From Trichoplax adhaerens (taxonomy: Eukaryota; Animalia; Placozoa): DNA of 64,000 nt. Under the pieces are notes generated by a model. The model did not search any database. It was not told where the DNA came from and saw only the letters and a program-made list of their open reading frames with translations. The position numbers and the translations under genes are program-made. This document shows, piece by piece, positions 1 to 13,590 of the stretch. The DNA is taken from positions 591,788-655,787 of the forward strand of contig NW_002060968.1 in the NCBI RefSeq assembly GCF_000150275.1, in the 5' to 3' direction. Positions within the stretch are counted from its first letter, which is position 1, and every line of letters begins with the position of its first letter.

Positions 1-1834
1 GAAGGTTCCTTAATACACTAATAGCAAAATAAGAGATAATGATATAGTATGACCATTGATTGCAGATAAAATGTATTCAGTGTTCTCCTACTATTGGGAT
101 CTTCAAACTGCTAGGTACAGTAAGGTATGATTTCCTCTTGAAATAAGCGACATTTACTCAATGACTTATACTAAGCGATTTAAATATTTTATTTATCGTA
201 TAGTGGCCATTCTGTTAATGTTTGAAATGCGGATCTGAAAATTCTTCAATTAAAAATAATAGGTTTTACTAAACTTGGTACTACAGAGCTGTACATGGCT
301 TACCACAATCAAATGATAATAATTTAGCTTATTGGTGTCATTTAGCCAACGCAGTATATTTTCGGCATATTATTATATGCATTCAAACCATGTTACAGTA
401 ATTTTATACGCGCTTCAGCTCAGATGCTGTTAGAATTATTAGATCAACTAGATTTGTAATAGCAATCTAGTATACATAGTAAAATAAAATCCCCCTTAAA
501 CTACAGTGCTTTGTAAATATAGGAAACTAGTACTAGCATTAATATAGTTATAAAGTAAGGATGAACTTAATAGGATTGTAGATTTTAATCTTATAATGAT
601 TTCAATGATGTTAAGCTATGCTATTTTGATGATAGCTATATACATATATTTATGTAACGTATCGTCCTAATATAGATATTGATCAACTATTAGTCACGTG
701 TTAAAAGTTAATAATAATAATAATAATATAGAAATAATCTTCAAGTAGGGGTAGTTGCTAATGTAAAATTGAAGACAATGTATGTTTTCGTCTTTGATCG
801 CTAAATAAATTTCCTCTAAGCTAAGATGGGTTGTTGTGTACTAAATTTCATATGAATATAATGACGAGTAGTTTATTATAACTTCGCTATACTAGTAATT
901 TGTTCATATATAACATGAATAGGCTAAGTCATAATTTATATAGTATTTTAAACAATAATTTCTCAAACTAACGTTTTGAATTTCGATTCACAATGAGTTT
1001 TCTTTAAAAAGTATTAGGATTAGCAAGTACAGTATGCATAATGGTGACATAGTCGAAATAAAATTAACCGTGTGTATCTCAGTTTTATCATCTTAAATAT
1101 GTGCTAAACCGATACAGTCAATTCTGTAACCACTGATTCTAATTTCCATTAACCAAATTAGATTGAAAATTGATTTTGCGAGCGAAACCTTATAATACCT
1201 TGCCTATTTTTCTACGATTGATTAAACAATCTGTAAGCTTTATATCAATTGCAGCAGAACTAATCAATCCGGCTTGCAGCTGTTCCTGATTTCAAGAATA
1301 AGAATCATCCAACCGGCATAAGCTATTACTTGGTTTAATCAATAACATTTTTACAGTTTTGAGAAGAAACAATTATTAAACATTTTAAGCGATTGCAACA
1401 GAATTGATTACAGCATCATGAATTTCGAATAAATTCTAATTATAAATCATTTCCGGTATTCTTAGATTTCAGGCTAATAAATTATTGATTTGTTGATAAG
1501 TTCCCAAATTCCTGTTATAAATTAGCAAATACAGTACATAAATCCATGCAAGGCATCTGTAGTTCAAAATATTTCAATCATGAGGCCATATCCTATCTAT
1601 TAATTTACGCGATGGCAAAGAATAAAATTGAGGTAGCTACGGTTTATGTCACAAATATCAAATTAATAGCGTAAGACTATAAGAGGAACTACAACTTTCT
1701 AAGACGACTATCAATATCTATTTAATTTCTTGGAATTATTTGCACTTTCATTAAACTATTTCGCTGTTTGCATCAATTATTCAAAATCAATAATACACGA
1801 TATTCGTATATGTTTAGAAGAACAAAAATGGCTG

Positions 1835-2335
1835 ATTTTTATGCCGTTGAAATCAAATGAACACATATGGTAAAGTTGCTTTTGGCGAATTGATTGCATC
1901 TGATGCTTGTATATGTTTGTATAAAGTATATAAATCCATTTTTATGCCACTTAAATTAACAAACATCCCTGGTGAAATTGTTTTTTGATGAATCGATAGC
2001 GCCCAATACTTGTAAGCTTTTACAAGAAGTAAGTAAATAGATTTAATGCCATTTAAATCCCAGCCAAAAATTCGGTAGTAATATTGCTTTTGTTGGATTG
2101 ATAGCGCTTGATTCTCGCATATGTTTGTAAGGAGTAAATAGTTTAATTTTTATTTCATTTAAATCAAACAAACATCGTTGTAAGTTGCTATTAGTAAATT
2201 GATAGTATTCAAAACTCTTACACGTTTGTAAAAAGTAAATGGTCTGATCTTTATACCATTTAAATCAACAAACTTTGGTAATAAAGTTATATTGGAGATC
2301 GTCATAATTCAATCTTATGAACATCTATTAAAAGT
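1835..2335. repeat. Degenerate ~103 bp tandem repeat (~5 units) 3' of the GPCR stop
   Basis: Unit start tttatgccatttaaatca-like recurs at ~1838, 1940, 2043, 2147 and 2250. Confidence 0.8.
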
Positions 2336-2377
2336 GAAATTGATAGATTTAAATTTTTAAGAGCTTATCATAGCAAG

Positions 2378-3427
2378 CTATTTTCTGGAAGTGGAGTCCG
2401 TTTTCTTACTTTCTGGCCAGATTTTTCTCCGAAAAATCGGTAATCCTATCGATTTCAACAAATTTTTCATTTCTTTTCGATAACTGTTACTAGCAATATT
2501 ATATAAGATTGGATTAAGAATACAAGGCAGTATCAGCAGAATGATAAAAGACTGAAATAGCGACCAAAATTGATATGGAAGAGTTTTGTGCAATTGAGGA
2601 TTGAGAAGTTTACTGTATGTAATCCATAGGAAAAGTGTTGAAAAAGGGCAAAAGGATAAGGCCGACAAGATCGTCATAACCAGCAATGTTACTACGCAAG
2701 CATTTTTTTTATGCTCAATTCTTGCCATGTGAATTTTGTAGTCTGATTCATCCATTGGAATAGTTTTCCTACATAATTTGATAGCAATAGTAACATAACA
2801 GCAAATGATGATCACGATTGGGATAAAAATTGATATAGTGGCAAATATCGTAGTTAAAGCTGCATTACGAACAGTTCCTCTCGAGGAAAATGCTCCAGTA
2901 CAATCCAGAACTTCGTAGGTGGTATAATCACGACCAACGACTAAAATTAATGCTGTAGTCACTGATATAGTCCAGATTACCGGGAAAAAAAACTTTATAT
3001 GTTGTTTACTTAACGGTGATTTAAGTGGATAAATAATAGCACGATATCGTTCGATTCCAATCACGGCTAAGGTTATCATTGAGCTAGATACCCCTAATAT
3101 GCCTGTAAATGCTAACGTATTACATACCAAGGTTATGGTAGAAAAAGACAGATTGGAATAACATTGCGGATTGCTAGCAACAACCGCTGGATAGGTAAAT
3201 TTAAAGCTAAGTAATATGCAGTGTATCATATCTATTATAGCCAAGTTAGCAATCAAACAATTTATTGGTTGTTGTAGATTCTTTTTGGTAAAAATGGTTA
3301 CACACAGTGTGATGTTAAGAATCAAACCGATGATACACAGGCTAATAACCACAACAGAAAGTCGAAAATCGAACCAACTAGTTAGCGTTTTATTTCTGAA
3401 TACAGAATGATTCATTTTAAAGTGCAT
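2378..3427 (-). CDS. Intronless class A (rhodopsin-like) GPCR
   Basis: 349 aa ORF with 7 hydrophobic segments; TM1 GxxxN, TM2 NLAIID, TM3 ERY, TM4 W, TM5 IP..CY, TM7 NPILY. Confidence 0.93.
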   Translation of the reverse strand: MHFKMNHSVFRNKTLTSWFDFRLSVVVISLCIIGLILNITLCVTIFTKKNLQQPINCLIANLAIIDMIHCILLSFKFTYPAVVASNPQCYSNLSFSTITLVCNTLAFTGILGVSSSMITLAVIGIERYRAIIYPLKSPLSKQHIKFFFPVIWTISVTTALILVVGRDYTTYEVLDCTGAFSSRGTVRNAALTTIFATISIFIPIVIIICCYVTIAIKLCRKTIPMDESDYKIHMARIEHKKNACVVTLLVMTILSALSFCPFSTLFLWITYSKLLNPQLHKTLPYQFWSLFQSFIILLILPCILNPILYNIASNSYRKEMKNLLKSIGLPIFRRKIWPESKKTDSTSRK

Positions 3428-5036
3428 ACTCGGTACTACTTCAAGACACCTAAAGATAGACTCAAAATGGCAATAAGAAGGAAAATAATAAGCAATAAAA
3501 TGGCGAAATCTTAAATAGTGATGTTTGAATCAATGCATAACAGGAGATTTACTCCCAAATTGGACTAACCGAACGCCAAAATAAAGGAATTAGTCAGACG
3601 TTAGTGAAAAACTTATAGTTGGGGCTTTGTAAATTAGCAAAAATTCAATCAAATTTTACCAAAATTAAATCCAGCAAATACAATATATAGCACTGTATAA
3701 ACTGACAGGTCTGCTGTTGTTTATTAATCTGTAATGTCAAATCTCCAGTTAGATAAGTCAAATCAAAATAACTGAAAAATTTAGAAATTTTTCTTGTGCG
3801 GAGCTAATACTAACTTTATTTGTAAGGAGGAGAAAATCTTTCGGCTAGCCAACACCCACTCGCAATTTTGGATCATTAATTGAAATACTGTAATAAATTT
3901 TTGTAATAAGTGATTTCTTTAGTACTTTATCTTGACTCAGAATAGATCAATACCTGCTGATAATTTCATAAAATTACTTTGAAGCAATAAAACGAACGTC
4001 GATAGGCACTTATTTAAACCTTACTATAAGTTTAGCTTTCTTAATAAATGATCAGCTAAACTTTTCTTTAAACATTATTCTTAAAGAAGAGAAGAAAAGA
4101 AGAATTTGCGTTTAAAAGGATCTTTGTTTCCGCTTATATGCTGCAATAAAGCTCGATGTCTGCCTAATGTAAATTTATTTAATTACTGTATTATAGTAAG
4201 TGGTAAATAAAAATATCTGACTAATTCATTGATTAATTTACTGGATCCTTATTATCATCTCGTCAATAAATCGTTTACTTTTGGAATCCTAAATTACTTA
4301 TAGGTACAATACTCGCATCAATAGCTGTCACATACAATTACTCATTTAGTTGACAGATTGGCATCGATAGTGTAAAACTTCTTTATTCCAAGTAAAAAAT
4401 ACATGCTAATGAGACATGCAACTATAATGAAACAAATTCCTTTTATCAGATCTCATGAATACTCGTACAATTTATTTATTTGTTATAGCAAGGATGAGTC
4501 TCTTCGCGTGACTGCAGTTAATAATGTAAACTAAAAATAAGAACCGAATTATCTGGGTACTGAAATTTTGGTAATTTACTTCTTTAGATCATTTTCATTA
4601 ATTGTCTATCTAATTGATGGCTGTACAGATATATTTTGAATAGAAGACAAACTATTGATCACGGTCAAATGTAAAAAATGTTTAATAATGATTTTTTGAG
4701 GAAGTTGACTTGCTAATTATAAAAATGGCAGTTTTATGCGAGCGTGTAAGAATATCTATAGGATAACATATGTAAACTATTAAGAAAACTTTATTTTAAG
4801 TTAAATGAAAAAGAAGACTATAATAGAATTCATAATGCTGAATAATAGTTAGCTAAGTAATTTCATTAGCCGCCATAATAAACGAAAAAATCTACGTAAC
4901 TCTCTTCATATTATTATTCATGCTTTTATATATAGTTCATCGTATGCTATAGTAAATAGAACAGTAGATGAGAATAAAGTTAATCTATCATAAATCAATC
5001 ATGCTTTGCAAAACGAAAGTTTTCGCAATATATATT

Positions 5037-5379
5037 TGTCACACACCACTAGTGACAAAGTAGTCTACACACACCAATCCTTGCGCAGAGCGCCACTTCC
5101 TGACTTAAAGAGGCTAGATTAGCTATATCGCCAAATAATTCAGTTCCAACGACCGAATACTATAGTATACAGTAAATATAGCGTCATAGATAGTGTAGAC
5201 GAGGTAGTCAGAGATTTACTACCATTTATTACTGAAGGAATCTTGACACCCAAGATTATAGTCTTTACAATTCAATAGCAATTGATAAACTAGTTGACTA
5301 TCTAACCAACTAACTAACTAAAAAGGGATCTTCAGGTGCCAGCCTTTTATAGTCTCGTCAGAAACTTCTCATTGTAACA
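5037..5379 (-). mobile_element. Solo-LTR-like insertion, 343 bp
   Basis: TGTCAC...GTAACA flanked by a 5 bp TSD ATATT (5032-5036, 5380-5384). Absent at the paralogous site ~61880. TATAAAAGG on the minus strand. Confidence 0.85.
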
Positions 5380-8300
5380 ATATTCAATACAATCACTGGA
5401 GCTAACTGATACTGCAGGCTAGAAGTTCTACTTATAGCATGTTCACTAAGCTTGCACTAGAACAAATTTAGTTCTAAAATTATTTAAAATCGAAGCAAAA
5501 CTTTTCACTTTATTAAATATATCGGCTGTATCCAATTAAACCAATTGATATTAAAATCTACTATTATGGTCTGGCTGAATGATTTAGGCTAGCCATTTTT
5601 CTGGAATAAACCATCAGTAGGCCAAAGTAAGTAAATTTTATTCTAAATCTAATATCAGTTTTAACAAAAAATCACATTTTGTAAGTATGTAATGAAATGT
5701 TCATGAAAATTTGAAGACTACGTCTTATCTTGGGAAGCCTGAGAAGAAGGCTACCGTAAATTCTTAGAACTATTTTTAGTAATTAGCGGAATTACTGCGC
5801 TTAAGAATCCTAATACATATAGAAACTAATTTTGGGGGAAATCGAAGGAAGGAGTTACTTAGTTAATATTATACAGAAAAGACCCAGAATTTTCTCTCTG
5901 TTATAAGAAAACATTTTGTGTATAACCGTAAACTAACGACTTCGCGGAACTACACTGTAGCTTATTCATACTCGATGAGTGCGTAGCATCTATTATTTTT
6001 CAATTTAAAATATAATGAAATTCTGTTTATGTGCAACAGCCGGACCGCCAAGTGTACAAATAACTTTATGATACTGTCGATATCCTTATACGATTTGTAC
6101 AAAAATTTTTTGAATACTCCATGAAAAAGACTAATAAACGAAGCAAATAAGAAATTAAATAAAAGTTAATATTAAGACCAAGTACTTCAATAATTTGATG
6201 AGGAAAGTACATTTGTGCCTTATTGCAAAATCAGTTACAAGTAAATATCACCTAATACAAATGGACAATATCACGGTTAATTATATTGAAATGATTGTGT
6301 TCTGCTAGTAGCAACTGCATTCTAAACTGTATAACATTAATTTACGAAATATCTGTTAGTTTATATGTTTTATCACTTCTTAACGGAATAGACAACAGTT
6401 GTCATTCAGTTTTGTTAGAATTATCACGCAATACAAGCCGTTAGATGTTTAAGCTTTTTAAAAGTAAAATAATCCGCTAGTTTTTTACAGGATCTGAAAT
6501 TATACTTGTGGTGTATTTGGGATCGTACTGTAAATGTAATCTACTTTTAAATATAGGCATATCTACAGTCTATTTGCTCTACATTAAAATATCGCTTGCT
6601 TTTATTTAGTTATCATATTCCTCACAATTTTCTGCAATCATCTACTATTCTGTAACCTGTTACGGAATATGTTATATCTAATTCTATAACCCTGTCGTCT
6701 GCATGTGTTCTAATTCAATAGCTATAAATACCGGCATTTTCTACAGTAGAATTATCAAATCCTTAGTATTTCACACGCTACTTCACGATACCTTGCATGC
6801 TGATCTGCACTGGCCTTCACACTGTACCTTAATTTCTATTTCTACAATACAGTAAGCAATTTCTTAGACTCTTTGCACAATACTCTCTATGGCGACTGAA
6901 CTTGCATCATCTGACTCATCGAACCCTCTATCACAGTTAATACTAAGGAATCGGTTATATTCAAAAGTTTAACGAGCTTAAGAGCTCTTTAGCGGCTTTT
7001 GCAAGTATGGATTTTAGCCAAATTAATATGGCCATATTTATGGAGATAGATATCTATCATTTAATTTTGAATATGCAGATTATATTATTATCCACTGTTA
7101 CGGTTTAAGATATTATTAACAATGTGATAATGTTATTGAAGTAGAAGTAGACGGTTAAGTTTAGATAATGGTAAATATTATGATCTGTTGCAAAAATTGT
7201 GATGTTCAATCGTTAATGAACTTCCATTAGCGATTGTGTAGGAGTGAGTTGCTCTTAGAAAGACACCTACTTACAACGACGATAGTTATATTATGCGAAC
7301 ACATAATTTTACACACGCATATAAATTTTATTTAATACTTAATAATTTACTTTAGCCTTGCCGTACCATAATGCCCTGCTCTGTATTAATGTCAGCCGAT
7401 CCGATAATTAATTCGAGTTCTTTTATGAATATGTCTTAGGTAAATCTGCTTACTCATCGTTCGAATTTAAAAAATTTTACTTTAACAAAACATGTTTCGA
7501 AAATTATTTTTTATTCAATAAAGATAATGCAAAGAACAAATACGAGTACAACATTGAATTAGTTGCTATAGGAATAGCGCAAATATTTGTCATCTCAGTA
7601 AGTATATTTCTCGCTTTACTAGACCCCAAATACTTTCTTACCTAGCAAATGCATCAATTATGATAATTATCCTTCATATCGAAGCAGCTGTGTTTATTTA
7701 GATTCCAATAAAAAGTTTTATCATATTTTTCTCTAGAATTTTTGTTAATGATTTTGCTTTTTTACTTTATCAAATAAAAAGTGTTGAATAATATTATTGC
7801 TTAGCTCTATACAAATTTCTTACTCTTACTAAAAATTAATGAATCCAACTAAATGAAATAAATGTATCATTTTATTTATTTCTTCTAAATTTAACTTATA
7901 ACGATAAAATACCAATAACAATAATAGATTAACCAATTAAGAAATGAATACACCGTCAGCATTTATTTTATTTTCGTCAGCTGAGTTTTTAAAATTAGAT
8001 TCAATAAAAAATGAAAGGCTTGGAATGATGATTAGATTGTACGGTATACAGTACGGAATTAAATGAACTTATTATACGTTCAAGTATATATTAGCTACAA
8101 TAGTGAAGAAGAAGCGTGAAACTATGTTACTTTTGTTTATCAAAATGTGACATTGTATAAATTTTTATGCTCGCATCTCTGCTATTGCTGTGATTGATTT
8201 CTTATTGGGGATGTATTATTAAAGCTTAAATTTCTTTTCGCTAAGTTTATTGCATAGAGTTCTAGTCTATAATTTTTTTATAGTGTATATTTGTAAGCGT

Positions 8301-9663
8301 ATTAAAAATAGAATTATAAAAATACTGCGCATCTTGTTTCAGTTCCTAAAAGGAAACCAAATCCTTTCCAATATTTATATGAACAAAACTGTAAATGATT
8401 AAATTTTATCTCATGAATTTGCAAAGTTCACATTTCTCTACTTAAATGATGTATAGTATAAACATATAGATATTAGCTGTTAACATTACACACCAGTCCG
8501 TTAGTGAATTAATATAGACTATGCATCCTATACAGAATTTGATTTTCTGTCATGAGATAACGGAAATTATATACTTAATGTTAAAATACGAAAGCCCTAT
8601 TAAAGTAATTTCAAGCTCCAATTTAGTGTTTAATGATATCGAAGATGAATAGTAACAAATTATAATAAAAATCTATTAAAAGGCATAAAAATGTTGAATG
8701 ATAGATTTTAATTTGGTGATACTTAATATAAAGACTTTATTCGCCCACACAATTTCCAGTCAATTACCTCCATTTCCAAATTAATCTTCAGATTTCAATA
8801 TCCATACTATTTCATATTTATTTAAGAATATCAATGTAGGTTCCATAAAGTTAACCCTTATATCTTTTACTGTTAAAATTAGTTATCACAATCTAAAATT
8901 TTTACAATCTTAAGGTAATATGTGACAATAGACTAAAAATATATAATCTGAACTATTTAAAATTTTCCAGGAAAATTTTCAGACTATCAGATAGCAGTTA
9001 CAACCGAAAAATTACCTGAAATATGATTTAATGTCTACCGATCAAATATAATTATCTTATAATTAATTAAGTAATGTAGATTTACGGAGACATGTAATTA
9101 ATTTATCGCTATTTTTTCAAGATACCGTTTATAAAGGGCATTTTATGTTTAAATTGATTGAATTTTTTTGATTCATAATTACTAAGCAAGTTATCAGTAA
9201 ATTTTTTTAAGCAAGATTCAAAGTGTTAGAAGCAATTTTAGATGTTATTAAAATGATCTTAATTTTAATACAACAGATTCGAACAATCAATGTATTTTGA
9301 TATTCTGCAACCCATGCATCTTAGTTTTTGCTGGTTGTAACATGCTTCTAAATAAATAATTTATGTTCAAAATGGTAATGAAAAACTATAACAAATTTAA
9401 AGTCGTAAGGAAATTAAAGCGAGTTGTGATCGTCAATGCTACTTGCATAGAAGTGGCATCTAGTCACCTTAATACCATAACTATGTTATACGGATGCCTA
9501 GTAAATTAGTGAGCACAGGATGAATAATTCGGTTAACTGGATTCAAACTCACATTATATACGACCTAAGCAATAACCTAACTTGCTAGTGCGAGCTATTA
9601 AACTAATATATAATATAATTATTATTATTCGGTAAAAAGAGTATTCATACGTCAGAGATCAGA

Positions 9664-10030
9664 TTAGTGACAAGGATAACGTAAAACAGATCTCTAAAAT
9701 ACTACAGTCTCCAGGATTTAGTATCCCTTAGGTATCTCGCAAGAATTTAGACTCGTTTGCTTCTACATTGAAAGACTAGGGAATTTCTATTTTACTCAGC
9801 TATTTACCGAGCTTCAATACCTTTCGGTAGCAGCTAGCATGAATGAGTCATCATGAGATTATGAAAATTAATTTGTGCCAGTACTTCATAGCTAAATTAC
9901 AACAAAGATATTTATAATCACGGACATGTACCAAATAGTTCCTGATAGCTAGACTACAGTATGTCCATTCGAAGAATTATTTATTGTATCACCCATAATT
10001 GAGTATCTTCAGGATATTAATCACAAGCGT
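9664..10030 (+). repeat. Dispersed ~360 bp repeat family, copy 1
   Basis: Shares gtgacaaggataa, aagaatttagac, catgaatgagtcatca and agactacag with 52705-53070, and is similar to the reverse complement of 18056-18402. Confidence 0.8.
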
Positions 10031-11055
10031 CACAAGATGTAGGACTATAATCAATATCACTTTCCACAACAGAACTCTTACTGCAGTGCAGCATTATTTA
10101 CTGTAAAAATAAAAGCTATCATGTTTCTTACTGTAAGCCATTGATAGTTATCACCATATTAAATGTTATTGCAATAAATCACTTATTTAATTCTTAACGG
10201 TAGTTCATACCGTTACAATATATTTATAAAATTTTATGCCTAATCATATGCAGCGATAATTAAAGATAAATTTTGTCTTAACCTTTATTTCCCTGTGAAT
10301 ATCTAGCTTGAGCTCAAATTGGCTTTACTCAAAATCGAACATGAAGTAAAATAGTACCATTTTATATACCATATTCGTCTACAGATTTTGAGGAATTTGT
10401 TATTTAAAATCCTTACTTGTTACCTTTCTCTTCTCCAAAATTTACTAAATCTACAAGTATTACAGTTAGGAAACATAAATACAGTCAAAGGAATTTGTTA
10501 GACTAAATTAACAACTACTTGTACTTTATCAAAAAGTATGTGACAACAGCTAGAGATTATTTTAGAAACGATTTAAAGCTATCCAAATTTTGCTACTTTA
10601 CTTCCTAAAGTATCCTCTAAGATATACAGAAACATCCTTAATTAAAACAAATTTGCAGAAATAATTCATTAATACGCCACATGTCCCAAAATCTTCAATA
10701 TAAGTCAACAATACACTTATGAATCATGTAACCGGGCTAAAAATTGCAGATGAAATGCGGTATGAAATAATAAAGTTAGCAATTATTCAATATCTTAATT
10801 TATTTTAGAATATTTACGAATAGAGAAACTTATGATGTTAGCCGGATCCAATTTAATAAGTAAAAATTTATCATGTATAAGTAAAGTTGTTACTGTGATC
10901 ATAATCTTAGCTATCAGGTATATTACTAGGGCAAAATAAAGTATAGATATAAGATCTTGAATTAGAAAATACTGCTTCCTTTCTGCTAATATACAGCGAC
11001 ATGAATAAAAAGTTTTACCTTTATCGCTGATAATTATAAGACAATCAAACGGCCG

Positions 11056-12099
11056 TTAATGAGTAGACGATGTACTTTTTTTGTTAGATAATCGAATTTT
11101 CGGTCGATATGAAATGATACCTATGCTAGCTAATAACCTTTTGATTTCTTCCTTAAAAGTTGGGCTAGCAAAGTAGTACAGGATAGGATTGAAGACGCAT
11201 GGTTGGATCATAATTAGTGGGAACATTTGAAAGAAAATCCAAAATCGAGACGGATAGAATAAATAAAAGCGTGGGTCGATTACTTTATGATAAGTCATGA
11301 ATGCATAAAGGATAATAAATGGGCCAGTTGATATAGCGGATAGGATAGTACTTGAAAGTAATGCCGTTATACTTAACTTTTTCTTTTGTATCATTTTCCT
11401 AATTTTCACTTTATAGGATGATTCATTAACGGGGATTTTCCTTACACAGAGTTTGGCAATAATCATGGTGTAACAGACAGTAATGATAAGCAGTGGGATA
11501 ATACAGCTGATGATGGCAAATATTATAGTACATATCGCACTGGTGAAAGAAGAACCTTTGGAATATATTCCAGTGCAATCAACGATTTTGTTTTCTTCGA
11601 AATTGGTTGCAAAAACGATTAAAAACGATCCTCCAATTGAAATTGACCAGGAAAACAGTAAATTGGCCACTATTTTCCGGTTACGATAAGGCGATTTAAA
11701 AGGATGCAGTATTGTATGGCATCGTTCCTGTCCAATAAAGGCCAGCGAAAGCAATGAGTTAGACATTGACGCAGCTGCGAAAAAGTTCAAAAACCGACAT
11801 ACAGTATTTACTGATGTCACCGTTAGGCCATGAAATGCTTGAGGATAGGTTGAGATTACGATAGGAAAGGTATATTTAAGGCAAATGCTCAAACTATGGG
11901 TCAAATCGGATAGAGCAACATTGGCAATCAAACGATTAAGAGGCTGCTGAAGATACTGCTTTGTAAAAATCACTAAGCATACGGTAAGGTTGAATAAAAT
12001 ACCTAACGAGCAAAGAAAATATAAGGCGACTGAATAAGGTATATGATACCAAACATGTGTAGTGTCATTTTGATTACTTTCGTTAAACATGACTTTCAT
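11056..12099 (-). CDS. Intronless class A GPCR (divergent paralogue)
   Basis: 347 aa, 7TM; LQQPLNRLIANVALSD, ERC in place of DRY/ERY, FNPILY. Confidence 0.92.
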   Translation of the reverse strand: MKVMFNESNQNDTTHVWYHIPYSVALYFLCSLGILFNLTVCLVIFTKQYLQQPLNRLIANVALSDLTHSLSICLKYTFPIVISTYPQAFHGLTVTSVNTVCRFLNFFAAASMSNSLLSLAFIGQERCHTILHPFKSPYRNRKIVANLLFSWSISIGGSFLIVFATNFEENKIVDCTGIYSKGSSFTSAICTIIFAIISCIIPLLIITVCYTMIIAKLCVRKIPVNESSYKVKIRKMIQKKKLSITALLSSTILSAISTGPFIILYAFMTYHKVIDPRFYLFYPSRFWIFFQMFPLIMIQPCVFNPILYYFASPTFKEEIKRLLASIGIISYRPKIRLSNKKSTSSTH

Positions 12100-13195
12100 T
12101 TTGACTTGAAAGGTAAGTAAACTAAATTTCAGAATCGTATTGTTTATAGAACTGAATTTTGTAAATGTACTTCAGTACCATTTGGTAGGAAAATTATTGA
12201 GTTGGCTAATAGTGTACTTTATATAATGATCCTATCAAATTTCTACTTTTAACTTAATCAAGCCCCTTGAAAGTTTTCATTGAGAAGGTTTTCAAGGCAA
12301 GTAACTTATTTATGCAGACAGAAACAGATACTCGACTACCATCAAAAGATTTGTTTCCCTTAATAGAAAACTGATAACATTAAAAGCATTATTTTATTAT
12401 CAATGTTTAGAAAAACAATTAATTCCAGTAATTTGATAAAGACTTATGATATGATAGAGTAATTTTCAATAAAAGGACATAATATATTCAATTTACAAAA
12501 GTGGATATCAAAGTTCTTTGATACATTCATGACCTTTCTAGATCTTCGTATAATATCATTTTTTGCATTGTTGCATAATATAAGATGTTCAGTTATTCAA
12601 TTTACAATGGCACCAATCAAGTGAAGATACAAGAATTATAATTGACAGAATTGAATACAAGATTTTAATAGAATTGCACGCTCACAATTCTGAAATAAAG
12701 AATAGAGACAAAAATTTCAAATATCATTAAGGGAGAACATTAAGCATTATCTATATTAGCAATGAATTAATCAACTAACGTTTAGGCATGGTATTTCACA
12801 GAAATTAGTGTTTATAATCGCTCTTAAATTAATTTAAGGACATTTACGCAATCTAAGGATCCCAATATTTTCGGCCCTCGTAGAAAATATCCATATATGG
12901 GTTAAGGTGGGCTACTTTAGACGAAGCTATCAGTTTACGTGGTCAAAGAGGTTTTGCGGTAGGTATGAGTAAATACAGGCTTTGATTTGAAGAAAAAAAT
13001 CAAGTTGTCAATTTTAGCTAGTGCTAATTTATAGATTATATAACGTACATAGGCATACGAATGCACCAATACGATGAAGTATTTCATTCCTCCATAGCTG
13101 AAAAGATTTTATAACTGTCTTGTCTGGTATTGCTAATCAGCAGCTTTTGTACAGTTACTGACAAATAGTAATCGTACCTAAACTAGTCTATCTAC

Positions 13196-13590
13196 TGTTA
13201 AGGTTCTCCGACTAACTCCGTAGATCCTCCGTAAGGGAAAAATAACGTATTCCGATACTATAGCAATCGAGTCAAACGGTAGGTTTAGGTTAATAAATAT
13301 ATTTATTACTAGCCCGTTTACGTTAGTACCAGTGTGCTCTACGTTAGCCTCAGTGGAATTGAGATTAAAAATTAATAATCAAGCTTATTTATAATTTCAT
13401 ATTTCTCATAAATAACCCCGGTGCTAATCTTTCACGTTAAATTATATAATGTGCAATACAGGCTTACTGTAGACAAGACCGAGTGTTAATTAATTTTTGT
13501 TACTAATAAATATGACAGTGTATCATTACAGTTATTCTACTATCGTAAATTACTACTAGTTATACGTAAGGAGCATCAAGCTCCGTAACA
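13196..13590. mobile_element. Possible LTR remnant
   Basis: TGTTA...TAACA termini. The right end is the reverse complement of the 36569 terminus (TGTTACGGAGCTTGATGCTC). No TSD found, so the left boundary is uncertain. Confidence 0.4.

Larger units (their letters stand above)
325..5870 (+). repeat. Segmental duplication copy A (GPCR plus flanks), paralogous to ~56790-62630
   Basis: Colinear non-coding matches, e.g. ttcggcatattat at 361 vs ~56829, aaaattgaagacaa at ~765 vs ~57104, actgcagttaataatgtaaactaaaaata at 4511 vs 61319. Boundaries approximate. Confidence 0.9.

Noticed and set aside
1835-2335. CRISPR-like array
   Set aside because: Whole units are homologous with no unique spacers; eukaryotic context; no cas genes.
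3216-3410. 64 aa + strand ORF repeated at 60030-60224 (also 11483-11689)
   Set aside because: Antisense shadows of GPCR coding sequence; conservation is explained by the GPCR.
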